This document shows positions 41,018 through 51,712 of a DNA stretch of 64,000 bases, in pieces. The position numbers and the translations under genes are program-made. Below the pieces are notes generated by a model. That model worked only from the letters and a program-made list of their open reading frames with translations. It searched no databases and was not told the origin of the DNA. The stretch lies in the NCBI GenBank assembly GCA_963745025.1, contig CAVUWD010000016.1, forward strand, positions 864,001-928,000. Direction: 5' to 3'. This DNA is from an uncultured delta proteobacterium. Lineage in GTDB: Bacteria > Desulfobacterota > Binatia > JACPRU01. Numbering within the stretch: position 1 is the stretch's first letter; each line of letters starts with the position of its first letter.

Positions 41018-41308
41018 CGGATCTCGGCGTTTCTGGATCGCGCGATCATGCTGCGTCGAGCGTGGAGCTCTCCGCCGCGTCCGGATTCGTTCGCACAATT
41101 GGGCGAACACCCCGCGGGATTCCGAAGGGCGGGACGCCCGGCCGGGCGGATTCAACGGAGTTCCCCGCGGAGTTCCCCGCGCTTGACCACTGGCGGGAAA
41201 GCTGCTTAAGCATTGGTGCTTGACGAGTGGTCCACCGCTGTGCGACTCGGATCACGCGGTAGGCGCAACGATCTCCGGCCGACGGGGATCAGAAAGGAAG
41301 GAGAAACG

Positions 41309-41719
41309 ATGAGGGTACGATGGTTGATGGGGGTTCTTGGTTTCGCGTCCGTCGTCTTGATGGGCGTCGTGGGCACGGCCACAGCTAAAGATGCGTGGTT
41401 CGTGCTCAGCGAGCAGACGATCACGGACACCGATCCGAGCGTGAGGATCACTGCCGAAGAAGCAAAATGGATAAAGGAGGACGTCAAGGACGTGAAGATC
41501 TCTGTCGAGGGCGCTGACGTGGACATCAATAAGGTCATCCTCCACTGGAAGAATCGCCCAGACGAGACCATCTGGGCTGTCGGAACCGTGAAGGCGGGAG
41601 GACAAACGGCTGCGAAGTCCGCTCCCGGACACGAGGGGACCCTCGGGTCGGTGACGGTCAACTACAAAATCCTTGGTGGTGCAAAGACGGCCAAGATCAC
41701 AGTTTGGGGATACGACTGA
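41309..41719 (+). CDS. Small secreted beta-rich protein (DUF2541-like)
   Basis: AAGGAG RBS, signal peptide ending ATA, terminal ITVWG. Confidence 0.7.
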   Translation: MRVRWLMGVLGFASVVLMGVVGTATAKDAWFVLSEQTITDTDPSVRITAEEAKWIKEDVKDVKISVEGADVDINKVILHWKNRPDETIWAVGTVKAGGQTAAKSAPGHEGTLGSVTVNYKILGGAKTAKITVWGYD

Positions 41720-42054
41720 GCGTGGTGCGAACGCCACCGCCGAGCAGGTAGCCGCGATCAACGCGCCAACGGCGAAGAGATCACGGTTCGCTTTTGCTGG
41801 AGTCGAGCAGGACTGCGGTGTTCACGTCCCACGGGCACGGGTGGCGAGGCTTCGGCGGATCGAAGCCTCGCCACCTCGGCATGACCGGCTTCAGTATCGA
41901 GTCGATCGTGGTTCAATAATGCCAGCCGAGCGGGCCGAAGCGGAACACAGGCTGGACCACCTGTCGCAACCGGGGTAGTGACCATCCCCTCACGAGGTAT
42001 TGATGACGTCTCGACGTGCGCGGGCGCGCCACCCACCGCACGGAGGATCGTATC

Positions 42055-43608
42055 ATGAGCCTCTTTGATCGAGCGTCACGGCTCGGATGCGGGGCCGGCG
42101 CATTGCTCGCGCTCGCCGTAGCGACTGGTTGCGCGGCCCAATATGCGAAATACCCTCGTTCTCCGTCGACCGCATTTCAGGAGCACCAGGCGACGACGCT
42201 GGGCCGGCTCTTCGAGTCGGCGGCGGCTGAGCACCCTGGGCAGTCGGGTGTCATTTACATGCGCTACGGGTCCAAGGCGCTGGTAGCGCGACTCGCCCTG
42301 ACCGATCTCGCGGAACGGTCGCTCGATCTGCAGTACTACGAATGGGACGCTGACACCACCGGGCACTTGTTCGCCGATCGCGTCATCCGGGCCGCCGACC
42401 GCGGGGTGCGCGTGCGCGTGCTGCTGGACGACAACAGCATCGTCAATCGCGATACCGCGATCGCGCGGCTGTCGGCGCATCCCAACATCGAGATCCGTGC
42501 CTTCAACCCCTTTCGCGCCCGCGGCAACCGCTGGGTGGACTTCCTCACCGACCCGTCGCGCGTCAACCGGCGTTCCCACAACAAACTCATGATCGCCGAC
42601 AACGCGATCGCGATCGTGGGTGGGCGCAACATCGCCGACATCTACTTCGGCGTGCACGGCGAGGCGACCTACCGGGACCTCGACACCGTGGCCGTGGGCC
42701 CGGTGGTTCGCGACGCCTCGGTGGTCTACGACGATTTCTGGAACAGCGCGTTCGCAGTCCCCTACGCGGCCTTCGTCGACACGCCGCCGACCCGCGCGGA
42801 CGCCGACGCCGCAATCGCGGAGATGCGCGCGAAGATGGCGAGCGAGCGGCTCCCGTACCCCATCGACGAGGAGGTCGACACCCTCAAGGCCGAGATGGAG
42901 GATTTCCGCAACTCCCTCATCTGGGCGCCGGTGCGTGTTCTCTACGACCCCCCCGAGAAGGCCGAGGAGAAGGCGAGCCACAACATCTTCAGCGAGCTCG
43001 ATTCGCTGGTCTCCAATGCCCAGAAGGAGGTCCTGATCGAGAACGCCTACTTCGTTCCCCGCGACCACGGGGTCGAGCTCGTCGCCGCGCTCCAGGCCCG
43101 GGGGGTCAAGGTCCGCGTGCTCACCAACTCCCTGGCATCGAACGACGTCCTCGCCGTTCACTCGGGGTACCAGAAGTACCGGGACGACCTGCTCGAGAAC
43201 GGGGTGGAGATCTACGAGCTGCGGCCGGATTCCACCATGGAGCGCCTGCGCTGGTCGGGGTTGACATCTAAGAAGTCGCGCGCCGGGCTGCACGCCAAGG
43301 CGATGGTCGTCGATCGCCGGTACGTCGTGGTCGGAAGCTACAATCTCGACCCGCGCTCGGCCGACATCAACACCGAGCTCGCGCTGCTCGTCGACAGCCC
43401 TGCGTTCGCCGAGCTGGTCGCCGAGTTCTTCGACGATGGGGTCAAACCGGAGAACAGCTACCGGGTCACGCTGGAGGGGGGACGGCTCAGGTGGACGACC
43501 AGCGACGGCGGGACGGTTCGCGTGTACACGGAGGAACCCGAGACCAGCTGGTGGACGCGCTTCAAAACCGATGTGCTGGGTATCCTGCCCATCCATTCGA
43601 TGCTGTGA
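42055..43608 (+). CDS. Phospholipase D family lipoprotein (ClsC/YmdC-like)
   Basis: Lipobox ATGC; two HKD motifs (HNKLMIAD..GGRNI, HAKAMVVD..GSYNLDPRS). Confidence 0.92.
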   Translation: MSLFDRASRLGCGAGALLALAVATGCAAQYAKYPRSPSTAFQEHQATTLGRLFESAAAEHPGQSGVIYMRYGSKALVARLALTDLAERSLDLQYYEWDADTTGHLFADRVIRAADRGVRVRVLLDDNSIVNRDTAIARLSAHPNIEIRAFNPFRARGNRWVDFLTDPSRVNRRSHNKLMIADNAIAIVGGRNIADIYFGVHGEATYRDLDTVAVGPVVRDASVVYDDFWNSAFAVPYAAFVDTPPTRADADAAIAEMRAKMASERLPYPIDEEVDTLKAEMEDFRNSLIWAPVRVLYDPPEKAEEKASHNIFSELDSLVSNAQKEVLIENAYFVPRDHGVELVAALQARGVKVRVLTNSLASNDVLAVHSGYQKYRDDLLENGVEIYELRPDSTMERLRWSGLTSKKSRAGLHAKAMVVDRRYVVVGSYNLDPRSADINTELALLVDSPAFAELVAEFFDDGVKPENSYRVTLEGGRLRWTTSDGGTVRVYTEEPETSWWTRFKTDVLGILPIHSML

Positions 43609-43978
43609 GGCGGGTCGGCTACGGCGTGCAGCTCCTTTCACCGTCGCTCTTCCGTCCCGACAGCCTGGGCTTCGTTCTCCCGGTAAAGTCACGAGCTCAT
43701 CTCGGTCGAAGCTCGACGCCGTAATACTCGAGCCGTAATACTCGAGAAGTCTTGCTCAGCGTCCCGTCAGTACGACTGCGGCCGTTCCTGATAGCGGGTG
43801 CCGCGTGATCGATCACCAGCGCCCAGACCAGGGAGTGCCGACAAATCGACCTCCAACTCCGCGGCCCGATCCTCGGCGGCGGCCTGCGCTTTTCGGCGAG
43901 GCGCTCGGGGTCGGGTGCCCGTTTGTAGCCCCTATCCTCCACCCGCGCGCGGCGCCCGGCGATCTCGGCGGGGAGAGA

Positions 43979-44407
43979 TCATGCCTGGTCGTCTTCGCCC
44001 CCGCCCTGGCAGACGTCTTCGTCCTCACCCTGGTCGTCCTCGTTGGCGATCCCGTCCCCGTCCTCGTCCTCGTCGCCGTCGGCGATGCCATCGTCGTCCG
44101 AATCGGAATCAGTCGGATTGGTGCCGAACGTCTTCACCTCGACGCAGTCGTCGCTGCCGTCGCCATCGGTGTCCTCGTCCTGCGGATCGGTGTGCTTGCG
44201 GAATTCCGTTCCGTTTCGGAGCCCGTCGTGGTCGACATCGCCCCGCGCGTCGTTCACGTACGGGTTGAGGCCGTGCCTCCGCTCCCAACCGTCCGGCATG
44301 CCATCGCCGTCCGAGTCCTTGAACGCCAGCGCTGGCGAGACCAGCCACAGGCAAAAGACAAAGCTCAGGAACACCCGATTGCGCGCACCGCCGAAGATCG
44401 ATCGCAT
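43979..44407 (-). CDS. Small secreted acidic protein with DxDxDG (TSP3-like) repeats
   Basis: Signal peptide ending ALA; DSDGDGMPDGWE, DVDHDG, DTDGDG, DSDDDG, DEDGDG. Confidence 0.75.
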   Translation of the reverse strand: MRSIFGGARNRVFLSFVFCLWLVSPALAFKDSDGDGMPDGWERRHGLNPYVNDARGDVDHDGLRNGTEFRKHTDPQDEDTDGDGSDDCVEVKTFGTNPTDSDSDDDGIADGDEDEDGDGIANEDDQGEDEDVCQGGGEDDQA

Positions 44408-44902
44408 GATGCGTCCTCCTCTGATTTGGGCGGCACCGCCCGCCGCCGTGTCCCGGCGGGCGCCGGCGTCCTGTGATTCCGTTGAACGTGACATGATCCT
44501 TTTTTAGCAGTCGCGACTTAGCGTCGGCAAATATAAAGAAGAGCTTCTCGCTCCCCTGACCCAATTCCACATTCTCCCGTGCAGGCCACTGATTTCATTG
44601 ATGTTCTGGATTTTTCCATCACTACGCTTCGTCCCGTTCAAGCGGGAGGTGGCAGTGGAGGTAGCGGTTCGAGCGGGTAGGGAGTTTGAGTCGCCAGCGT
44701 CCGAGATCGCCCCCTTGTGCCGGCTAAACGCTTCGGCCGCAACCAAGGTGGCCTGAGGCCCAGGCTCCTCTCCAGTACTCAACGCTCTACTTCGAGGCAC
44801 GCGATGTGATGACCCCGTCACTTGAGACGCGGATCCGTCCTCGGGCCGCTAAAGGATCTACCCCGTTGACAAACCCGACACCACGGGAGTCTTCTCCGAC
44901 AG

Positions 44903-47162
44903 GTGAGCGCGCGAGGCCCACTCGGAGAGATTCGCGTCGTCGAGTGCGCGGCGGGGCTCCCGGCCTCCTACGCCGGGTTTCTCCTCGCCGGCCTCGGGGC
45001 CGAGGTGGTGCGGATCGAGCCCGCCGCGACGTCGCTGGGCGCGTCGGGCGACCACGTCTTGCGTCGCGGCAAACGATCGGCGGTGCTCGAGGATGCCGAC
45101 GCGCGAACCACTGCGTGCCGGCATGCGCTCTGCGCTAGCGCCGACGTACTGCTCGCGGACGAGACGGCGCCGGAGGCCGAGCAGGCGGCGGGTCGTATTG
45201 ACTGCCGCGTGAGCCCCTGGGGTGCGGAAGGCCATCCGCAGGGGTTGCCCGCGGACGAGGCGCTGGTCGCCGCGCTCACCGGAGCGCAGGCAATGCAGTG
45301 GTCGTGGGCCCGCAGCCCGGTGTGGCTCGTGACCCCGCTCATCAGCTACATGACCGGCGCGCTCGCCGCTCTTGGTGTCACGGCGGCGCTCCTGGCCCGT
45401 GCGCGGGGAGCGCCGGGACAGCGCGTCGAGGTGAACTCCGTCGGCGGCGCACTCGCCCTCGGCAGCGGCACCTACGTGCGCGGACCGGGCCAGCACGGCT
45501 CGCTCCTCGCGGGCGGAGACCCGCGCGGCGTCTACCCGAACTACGGCGTCTACCGCACGAGCGACGGATGGCTCTTCGTCGGCGCTCTCACGCAGGCGTT
45601 CTGGGTGAAACTCGCGACGCTCGTCGAGCGCGTGGACCTGCTCGTCGATCCGCGCCTCCAGGGACATCCCTTCAGTTTCGGTGCGCCCGACACGAGGGCC
45701 TTCGTGCGCGCAGCGCTCGATCCCATCTTCGCGGCGCGTACCACGGCCGAGTGGCTCGCGCGGCTGCGCGAGGCGGACATCCCCTGTGGCCCCGTCCGTA
45801 CGCGCGACGAGGCGCTCGCCGACGCCGAGGCGCGGGCGCTCGGGCTCGTGATCGGGCTCGACGACCCCGTTCTCGGACCCGACGTGGCAGCCGGCGGAGC
45901 CGGCGCTCTTCTCGGACACGTCGGCGCCGGCGCCGCGTCCCGCGTCGCTGCGCGGTGCGGACACGGGGACGGCGTGCGCCGAGGCTGCACGCCGCGAGCG
46001 CACTACTCCCGCGCGCGTCGCCGCGCCGCCCGCGAGCTGCCTCGCGGGGACGCGCGTCCTCGACCTGACGAGCTACATCGCGGGCCCATTCTGCCCGCTC
46101 CTCCTGGGAGACCTCGGTGCCGACGTGGTGAAGATCGAGACCGCAGAAGGCGATCCCTTCCGAATGGCGGCCTTTGCCTTCGTCGGCTGGAACCGCGGCA
46201 AGCGCTCGCTCGTGCTCGATCTCAAGCGGGTCGAGGGGCGCGACGTTTTTCTCGACCTCGCACGCGCCGCCGACGTCGTGGTCGACAACTTTCGCGGCGG
46301 GGTCATGGAACGGCTCGGCATCGGCTGGGACCGGTTGTCGGCCGAGAATCCGCGCCTGGTCCACACCTCGATCAGCGGCTACGGCACGACGGGACCGCTC
46401 GCCTGCCTGCCGGGCTTCGATCCGGTCTTCCAGGCGCGTTCCGGCCTGATGCTCGCCCAGGGCGGCGACGCGCCCGTCTTCCACATGATCGCCTACAACG
46501 ACTACATGGCGGGCGCGCTCGGCGCGCTGGCAACGGTGGCGGCCCTGGTGGCGCGCGAACGAACGGGGCGCGGGCAGCGGGTCGACGTGAGCCTCTTCCG
46601 CACGAGCTACGTCGCGCAAGCGGCTCACATGATCGACTATGACGGCCGCCCCGCGTTTCCCGCCGGCGGACGGGACTACCTCGGTCCCGCCGCGGCGCGT
46701 CGCCTCTACGCTTGCCACGACGGCTGGCTCTGCGTCGCCGCGCAGGACGCCGCACAGGCAGCCGCGCTCGGCCGGCTCGCGGGCACCGCCCTCGCGCTCG
46801 ACGATCCCCCAGACGGCACCGCGGCCACCGCCGTGGCGACATTCCTGGCGCCGGAAGCGCGCGCCGCCGCACTCGCGCGCCTCGCGGCCGCCGGCGTTCC
46901 GGCGGCCCCGTGCCTCGACTTCGATGAGGTCTTCGTGGAGCCGTACCTCCTCGCGGCGGGCGCGATCACCACGCAGGAGCACCCGATGTTCGGGACGCTC
47001 GAGCTCGCGGGTCCCTTCATGCGCTTCGCGGCGACGCCGATCGCCTACCGTCGATCCGCACCGCTCCTCGGAGCCGACGCCGCGGCGGTGCTCGCCGAGC
47101 TCGGGTATCCGGAGGCCCGCATCGCGGAGCTCGTCGCGGGCGGCGTCGTGGGCACGCCGTGA
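44903..47162 (+). CDS. Tandem double-domain CaiB/BaiF family III CoA transferase (frameshifted near 45880-46040)
   Basis: GPLGEIRVVE...LGAEVVRIE...RGKRS, and a second RVLDLTSYIAGP...LGADVVKIE...NRGKRS unit. Confidence 0.88.
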
Positions 47163-47223
47163 GGGCGTCGCCGGGAGATTCCCCACCGCGCGCCGCAGCT
47201 CGCGACAGACCCACCCAGCCTCC

Positions 47224-47306
47224 GCGCGTGTGGATCGACAACGACCGCCTGATCGCGCACGACCTGACGGTGACCGACGTCGAGGCGGCGCTGTGCCGCG
47301 GCAATT
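47224..47306 (+). pseudogene. Tiny internal fragment of an AcrB-type RND transporter
   Basis: RVWIDNDRLIAHDLTVTDVEAALCRGN resembles the RIWLDPxRL...LTxxDVxxALxxxN block. Confidence 0.55.
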
Positions 47307-47406
47307 TCATCCGTTGCAAAACGACCGGGTCGCGATCTACACCAGGAGGCATCACGCAGTGGTGCTCGGCGGCGGGCGTGTGGGTGCTCGAACGAGGAGG
47401 TGCGCC

Positions 47407-47832
47407 ATGGCCAAGACCGATACCCCGAAGAATCCTTTCCCCGACATCGCCAAGCTGATCGAGCAGCTCAAGGTACCGGGCCTCGACGTGAGCGGGGTCA
47501 TGGAGGCGCAGCGCAAGAACATCGAGGCGCTCACGCAGGCGAATCAGGCCACCTACGAAGGCATGCAGGAGCTCGCCAAGCGGCAGATGGAGATCCTGCA
47601 GGAAACGGTAAACGAGTGGCAGGTGACGATGACGGAGGCCGCCAACCGCGAGAGCACGAACGCGGCGCAGCGGGCCGAGCTGGTGGAGAAGACGTTCGGC
47701 AAGGCATTCGGCAACATGCGCGAGCTGGCGGAGATGGCGGCGAAGGCGCAGACCCAGGCATGGGCGGTGATCCAGAAGCGCTTCCAGGAGAGCCTCGCCG
47801 ATCTCAGGAAGCTGCTGCAGCCGCCGAAGTAG
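47407..47832 (+). CDS. Phasin family protein
   Basis: PGLD....MEAQRKNIEALTQAN...G.Q.LAKRQ.EI; GAGGAGG RBS. Confidence 0.9.
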   Translation: MAKTDTPKNPFPDIAKLIEQLKVPGLDVSGVMEAQRKNIEALTQANQATYEGMQELAKRQMEILQETVNEWQVTMTEAANRESTNAAQRAELVEKTFGKAFGNMRELAEMAAKAQTQAWAVIQKRFQESLADLRKLLQPPK

Positions 47833-47912
47833 CGGGGCCCGCGCGCGGTACCGACCGGCTGGGCGGTCAGCCGTCGATTCGACGTCTCCGTCCGAGACTC
47901 CGGGGGTCGATC

Positions 47913-48776
47913 ATGAGCGAGAAGGCCGGCAGCACGAAAAAACCCGCTCCCGTTCACATCGGCAAGCACGAGGTCAAGCGCGTGCTCATCACTGGCGCCT
48001 CGGCCGGCATCGGCGCGGACCTCGCGCGCGAATTCGCCCGGCACGGGCACGACCTGGCGCTAGTGGCGCGCCGGGGCGACAAGCTCGCCGAGCTCTCCGC
48101 GGAGCTCGGCAAGAGCTTCGGCGTGGACGTGATGACCGTACCGGGGGATCTCTCGAAGCCGTCGGGCCCCAAGGCGGTCGTGGACGCGCTCGATGCCGCG
48201 GGCGAGCAGGTGGACGTCCTCGTCAACAACGCAGGCGTGGTCGAGGTCGGCCCGTTCGCTGCAACCGAGACCGAGAAGGTCCTGAACCTCGTCAACCTAA
48301 ACATCGTCGCGGTCACGCACCTCGCGAGCCTCCTGCTGCCGCGGATGGTCGAGCGCAAGTTCGGCCGCATCCTCAACGTGGCCTCGCTCGCGGCGTTCCA
48401 GCCGGTTCCCTCGATGGCGGCCTACGCGGCGACCAAGGCGTACGTGCTCTCCCTCACCGAGGCTCTGTCGGAGGAGCTGAGAGGGACGGACGTCAAGGTG
48501 ACCGCGCTCTGTCCCGGTCTCGTTGAAACCGACATGGTGGCCGACATCAGGGAGCGCTTTGTGAGCGTGCGCGGCGTGCCCTCGCAGCTCATCTCCGATC
48601 CGAAGGACGTGGCACGCCAGGCCTATGCCGCGCTGGTCCGCGGCCAGGTCGTGCTCGTGCCCGGAATTCCAAACCAGGTGGCCGCGGCGTGGGCGCAGGT
48701 GACTCCGCGTTGGATCCTGCGCTCCTTCACCGGCTTCGCGAGCCGCTACGCGGAGTGGATGCGGGGCGCGCAGTGA
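47913..48776 (+). CDS. SDR family oxidoreductase
   Basis: ITGASAGIG, NNAG, YAATK. Confidence 0.95.
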   Translation: MSEKAGSTKKPAPVHIGKHEVKRVLITGASAGIGADLAREFARHGHDLALVARRGDKLAELSAELGKSFGVDVMTVPGDLSKPSGPKAVVDALDAAGEQVDVLVNNAGVVEVGPFAATETEKVLNLVNLNIVAVTHLASLLLPRMVERKFGRILNVASLAAFQPVPSMAAYAATKAYVLSLTEALSEELRGTDVKVTALCPGLVETDMVADIRERFVSVRGVPSQLISDPKDVARQAYAALVRGQVVLVPGIPNQVAAAWAQVTPRWILRSFTGFASRYAEWMRGAQ

Positions 48777-48820
48777 CGGACGGATGAAGAGAAAACTGCA
48801 GATGCTTCACGTGTTCGTCC

Positions 48821-50827
48821 TCACAATTGCCGGCCGACGATCGTACCCTCGTAGATAGCGTTTAGCACCCGGCGAGGCGCGCGACAGTCGCCGATGTAGT
48901 GCAGCTCCGCCACGTGCCCGTTGAGCGCCCGGTACAGTTCGTCGTTCGGTCGGTTGTGCATGCAGAGGACGACGGAATTGATGCCGTCCATCGTCCACTC
49001 TTTGCCCGAGTAGATGTTGTACACCTGCAACTCGTTCGCCCGGATCGCCTTCACGTGGGTCATAGCGTGCAAACCCGCGCCGTGCCCCAGCAGGCTTTCG
49101 ATGTAGAGCCCCTGCTCGAGGGTCGGCGCCAAGTCCTGAAACACCGCCGCCATCCAGGTGATGAGCTCCACCTGATGCCCCATCTCGGCCAAGTGCTCGG
49201 CGACGACTGGAGCGCGGTAGTTTCCCTCGTCATCGATGACGGCCACATGGTGGCCGATCGGCTTGCTGCCGAGCAGCACGTCTTCCGCGCTGAGCACGTG
49301 GCCCAACTCGACCCCGGGTATGTGGTCAACGTTGGCGGCTACGGTGGAGAACCCGGTCATCTGCGGTCGCGAGCCGGTGGCGCACACGACGGCGTCGTAG
49401 CCGCCGGAGCGCACGGCATCGGCATTCATCTCGACTCCGAGACGAATGTCGCAACCCAGGCGAGTCGCCTCCCGCGCCAGCCATCGGGTGATGTCGCCAA
49501 ATTCCTCGCGCCGCGCTGCGCGCGCATGGATGGCCACCTGGCCGCCGAGCTCGGCGCGGCGCTCGCAGAGCGTCACCGCGTGTCCGCGCAGCGCAGCGAT
49601 CCGCGCCGCCTCCAAGCCAGCCGGCCCCCCGCCGATGACCAGTACCTTCTTGCGGCGCGCCGCCGGCTTGATCGTTCCGATGCCAAGCTCACGCTCGTAG
49701 CCGATGGCCGGATTTTGGATGCAGGTAGCGGCGCGCAAGACGAACAATCGGCCAACGCATCCCTGATTGCAGGCAACGCAGTTGCGGACCTCTTCGATCC
49801 GACCCGTCCGCGCTTTATTCGGCATCTCCGGATCGGAGATGATCGCCCGCGTCATGCACACCATGTCGGCAATGCCGTCGGCGAGGAGCTTCTCCGCTTG
49901 GACCGCGTCCTTGATGCGCCCGAGGGCGATCACCGGGGTGTGCTCCACCGCCTCACGAATCCCGGCCGCCAAATGATCCGCATAGCCCATTGGCATGCGC
50001 ATGGTCGGAATGATCATGAATAGGGTGTGGTAGATCCCGCACGTGGACATGAAGTAGTCGAGCGCGCCCATCGGCTCGAGCTGCTTCACGTTGTAGACGG
50101 CGTCCTCGATCGTCAGGCCGCCCGGGACGTACTCGTCGGCATCGAGTTTCATGCCGACGATGAAGTCCTTGCCCACGGCCCCGCGTACGGCGGCCGTCAC
50201 CTCACGCACGAAGCGTAACCGCCCATCGCGGTCGCCGCCGTACTCATCGGTGCGTTTGTTGGTGTACGGTGAGAGGAACTGGTTCAGGAGGTAGCCGGAA
50301 CCGGCGTGCAACTCGACCCCGTCCACGCCTGCCGCCTTCATCCGGGCTCCGGCCGTCGCGAAGGCATCGACGATCTCTGCGATCTCGCCGTGCGTCATCT
50401 CGTGCGGCATGTCGCGATAGACAATCGACGGCACGGGGGACGGTCCCCACACTTCGCGATAGGAGTCCTGGCTGCTAGCGTTGATGCCACCATGCCAAAG
50501 TTGCACTAGGATCTTGGCACCGTGACGATGCACCTCGTCGGCCAGGCGGCGGTAGTGCGGGATGACGCGGTCATCCCAGATTTGCAGGATCGTGCCGCCC
50601 GCTTCCTTCTCGGGATGCCCGACGCTGGTCGGATGGATGGCGGCCACGCCGGTGATCATCATCCCGACCCCGCCTTTGGCCTTCTCGGCGCAGTACGCGA
50701 TGAATCGATCGCCGGGGACGTGCCGATCCGCCATCATCTCGGCGTGCGCCGAGCTCACGATGCGATTACGGATTTCATTGGACCCCAAGCGAATGGGGCT
50801 GAACAGATGACGGAAGTCCTGTGCCAT
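48821..50827 (-). CDS. NADH:flavin oxidoreductase (OYE/FadH-type with Fe-S and FAD domains)
   Basis: DGVELH..GYLL.QFLSP..NKRTDEYGG, CVACNQGC...C, GGGPAG. Confidence 0.95.
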   Translation of the reverse strand: MAQDFRHLFSPIRLGSNEIRNRIVSSAHAEMMADRHVPGDRFIAYCAEKAKGGVGMMITGVAAIHPTSVGHPEKEAGGTILQIWDDRVIPHYRRLADEVHRHGAKILVQLWHGGINASSQDSYREVWGPSPVPSIVYRDMPHEMTHGEIAEIVDAFATAGARMKAAGVDGVELHAGSGYLLNQFLSPYTNKRTDEYGGDRDGRLRFVREVTAAVRGAVGKDFIVGMKLDADEYVPGGLTIEDAVYNVKQLEPMGALDYFMSTCGIYHTLFMIIPTMRMPMGYADHLAAGIREAVEHTPVIALGRIKDAVQAEKLLADGIADMVCMTRAIISDPEMPNKARTGRIEEVRNCVACNQGCVGRLFVLRAATCIQNPAIGYERELGIGTIKPAARRKKVLVIGGGPAGLEAARIAALRGHAVTLCERRAELGGQVAIHARAARREEFGDITRWLAREATRLGCDIRLGVEMNADAVRSGGYDAVVCATGSRPQMTGFSTVAANVDHIPGVELGHVLSAEDVLLGSKPIGHHVAVIDDEGNYRAPVVAEHLAEMGHQVELITWMAAVFQDLAPTLEQGLYIESLLGHGAGLHAMTHVKAIRANELQVYNIYSGKEWTMDGINSVVLCMHNRPNDELYRALNGHVAELHYIGDCRAPRRVLNAIYEGTIVGRQL

Positions 50828-50835
50828 GACCCTCT

Positions 50836-51130
50836 CTACACCTCCCGGCGGACAGTGAAGCCTTCCCAGATCGCCTCCATCACCAGGCGCGGCTGCACGC
50901 AGTCGCCAATGCGGCGCAGCTCGGGCACTTTGCCTTTCAGGGCGTGATAGAGCGCGTCGTCCGATTTCCTCATGCTCGCAAACACCACCGTATCGATATT
51001 CTCAACGACGCGTTCCTGATTTGTGCCTTTACGGCGCGCACAAGGCGCTCGTCAACCGGCCATGCTCAACCTTACGCGCAGACGGCTGGCAGAGGCCGGC
51101 GCGAATTCGGTGCCGCTTCTCGTTGCCGAC
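50836..51130 (-). pseudogene. 3' remnant of a paralogous OYE/FadH-type oxidoreductase
   Basis: DTVVFASMRKSDDALYHALKGKVPELRRIGDCVQPRLVMEAIWEG...* parallels the C-terminus of the adjacent gene. Confidence 0.75.
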
Positions 51131-51179
51131 GCACGCCACCTGCCTGACAGCCTTCACAACCCCCCTCTTCGACGGCTGG

Positions 51180-51701
51180 TCACTCCTGCGGATAGCGCCA
51201 CGGCTTAGGCGGCTGCTCGGCGTGTTCGTCGATTGTCCACTGCGGAAGCGCGATGCCGGCGGCGACGGCCGTGAAAACCATGCGCACGCGCGTGCCGATA
51301 CCGACCGTGCGGATCACCTCGGGCGGCGCGAAGCGCCCGTCGGGCACCACCAGGTTGCCGCCGACCCGCAGCGCCTCGTGCACCGTCGGCTGGCCCTTCT
51401 GCGTGTCCAGGTCGACCAGCAGGATCATGTACGGCACTTTGTCCTTGAACGAGGGCTGGATCGCGTGATGCACCTCGCCGTAGGAATGCACACTGCCTCT
51501 GCCCTCGACCCGCACCCAATCGTACGCGCGCTCACCGGACCATGGGCAGGCGGTGGTCGGCGGATAGCGCAGCAGGCCGCTGGTCGCGCCGCGCTGCAGG
51601 CGGAATTCGCCCTTCGCGCAATAATCGAAGAACGCGCGATTCTCGCCGTCGAGATCGTCGATCGTGAGCATCATACCCAGGTATTCGCCTCGCACGGGCA
51701 T
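51180..51701 (-). CDS. DUF35 Zn-ribbon/OB-fold protein
   Basis: F.LQR...YPP...CP, G.G.V.SY, PY...LVDL. The ribbon cysteines are partly lost. Confidence 0.85.
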   Translation of the reverse strand: MPVRGEYLGMMLTIDDLDGENRAFFDYCAKGEFRLQRGATSGLLRYPPTTACPWSGERAYDWVRVEGRGSVHSYGEVHHAIQPSFKDKVPYMILLVDLDTQKGQPTVHEALRVGGNLVVPDGRFAPPEVIRTVGIGTRVRMVFTAVAAGIALPQWTIDEHAEQPPKPWRYPQE

Positions 51702-51712
51702 CGTCGTTCTCC

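Noticed and set aside
41156-41203. CGGAGTTCCCCG tandem pair resembling the start of a type I-E CRISPR repeat
   Set aside because: Only two adjacent 12-mers, no spacers, no full repeat, no cas genes.
43721-43746. GTAATACTCGAG direct repeat
   Set aside because: Two copies only, with no associated element; likely a local slippage duplication.
44500-44900. Possible tRNA or att site at the right border of the island
   Set aside because: No tRNA fold and no repeat matching another part of the window could be identified.
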